A stretch of 64,000 bases of DNA from Eledone cirrhosa (lineage: Eukaryota), in NCBI GenBank assembly GCA_964016885.1, contig OZ024766.1:15252001-15316000 (forward strand), written 5' to 3'. This document shows, piece after piece, positions 62,542 through 64,000 of the stretch. The notes beneath the pieces are model-generated. The model was not told where the DNA came from, did not search any database, and worked only from the letters and a program-made list of their open reading frames with translations. A program made the position numbers and the translations under genes. The first letter of the stretch is position 1, and each line of letters opens with the position of its first letter.

Positions 62542-62606
62542 TATTTTGTCTGATGAAAGCATACCATAATTTAACATGGTATCCTTGAAATATGTATAAT
62601 AAAATA
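62542..62606 (+). ncRNA. Type I hammerhead ribozyme motif (family C, second copy)
   Basis: TATTTTGT-CTGATGA-AAGcATACCATaatttaacATGGTATcCTT-GAAA-TATGTATA-ATAAAATA. Confidence 0.78.
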
Positions 62607-63293
62607 GATATGGTTTTATAAATATAGTTTCCATTTGTTAATATCGTATAATAAAATAAATATAGTTTTACGTCCGTTCTTCCATGCTAGCATGGGTTAG
62701 ACGGGTTGTCCTGTTGTGGGCAGTGTCTGGTCGGCTGACCATGCCTTGCTCATACAGGAACTGATTTTGGCTTTTCTATAGCCGGATGCCCTTCCTAACA
62801 CCAACCTCATTTACAGTGAGTGTTGCGTGCTTTTTTCCGTGGCGCCTATACGTCCACTTTACAGTGTGGGCTGGGTGCTTTTTTTATGTGGCACCTCCAC
62901 GACCACTTTGCAGTGGGAGGGTGTGGGGGCATATTGTCTATATGCTTCAGCTTGAACCCATGGGAGGTCGGGTACTCTGTATTACTGCGTGACGCCAGAG
63001 GTCACGGTCGTGTGTCATCGCCTTTGAGAGGTGTGTGTTTATATATATATATATACAAATAAATTATCGAGAATCGGAATCTCGGCCCATGAAATAATGA
63101 AACACAATCAAAGTGCTCAATAGTTTGGATAAACCAGAGCTATAACTAACGTTTAAATACCAACACACTGAGATAATGCTTAAAATCATTCGCACAGCCG
63201 AAAAAAACGACCAAGAAAATTCGGGTCAGACAAATAATAAATATATATATATATATTTTTTCTTTTAACATATATGTGTATATAAAATATATA

Positions 63294-63368
63294 CAGGGTC
63301 TCCCCAAAAATGTATACACACTTCAACTACAGTCTATGTAAGTGTGTATACATTTTGGGGGGACACTG
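63294..63368. mobile_element. Tc1/mariner-type miniature element (75 bp)
   Basis: TA|CAGGGTCTCCCCAAAAATGTATACACACTT … AAGTGTGTATACATTTTGGGGGACACTG|TA. Confidence 0.8.
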
Positions 63369-63825
63369 TAATATACATATCATTAAACGTATCTCCTACA
63401 TGTGTATAAATAAATATACATGTATTTTATTAACAATTTTCTGTAGAATCTGTTAAACATGGAAGAAAATGTGGAGACTAAATAAAATTAACGTGTTGGT
63501 CACATTAACTTAATAATATAACTATATATTAATGAAATATGTCGAAATAAAAGTTGTAATTGTGACAAAAATATTGATTCGGTAGTTTATTATGACCAAG
63601 ACTACTCATTATCCCACTACATCTTTTGTATACTATATATATACTGTATATATACTGTTTATATATATATATACACACACACATATAATTGCGTATTCAC
63701 ACATTATCTTAGTAATGAAATAATAATTTTAGTAAATTGTTCAAAAGGCAATTCCTTCCTCAATCATTACATAGATGTGTGTATGTAATAATTATTTTGT
63801 ATTGTGTGTCTATTTAGGAATATGT

Positions 63826-64000
63826 GTAGATGTGTGTGTGTGTAACACAGTAGATGTGTGTGTATGTAACACAATAGATGTGTGTGTATGTAACCCAGTA
63901 GATGTGTGTGTATGTAACTCAGCAGATGTGTGTGTGTAACACAGTAGATGTGTGTGTATGTAACTCAGCAGATGTGTGTGTATGTAACACAGTAGATGTG
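63826..64000. repeat. Second array of the 24-bp minisatellite (runs off the window end)
   Basis: Same unit and same left flank as 11283-13340. Confidence 0.95.

Overview
Repeat-dense, AT-rich eukaryotic (animal) DNA. It is most likely from a coleoid cephalopod such as Octopus, inferred from the [13 protein letters not shown]-type C2H2 exon, the tRNA-derived SINEs and the (CAT)n-tailed RTE LINEs. Host genes: a seven-exon, minus-strand fragment of an EGF-repeat/fucolectin-domain gene (22847-33756) with two in-frame stops, and a degenerate C2H2 zinc-finger exon (57564-58550). Mobile DNA: two Helitrons, two RTE-clade LINE families (one with a PHD-like finger after the RT), a gag/protease-deleted Ty3/Gypsy element, a hAT transposon with an intact 905-aa transposase, piggyBac-, hAT- and Tc1-type MITEs, SINEs and several minisatellites, some derived from TEs. 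The most notable signal is non-coding: seven type I hammerhead-ribozyme motifs in three unrelated sequence families. They sit in ORF-less, microsatellite-rich units arranged as inverted and direct repeats, resembling Penelope pseudo-LTRs or retrozymes, and paralogues show structure-preserving substitutions. All calls are by eye; no searches or folding programs were run, and element boundaries without terminal signatures are approximate.
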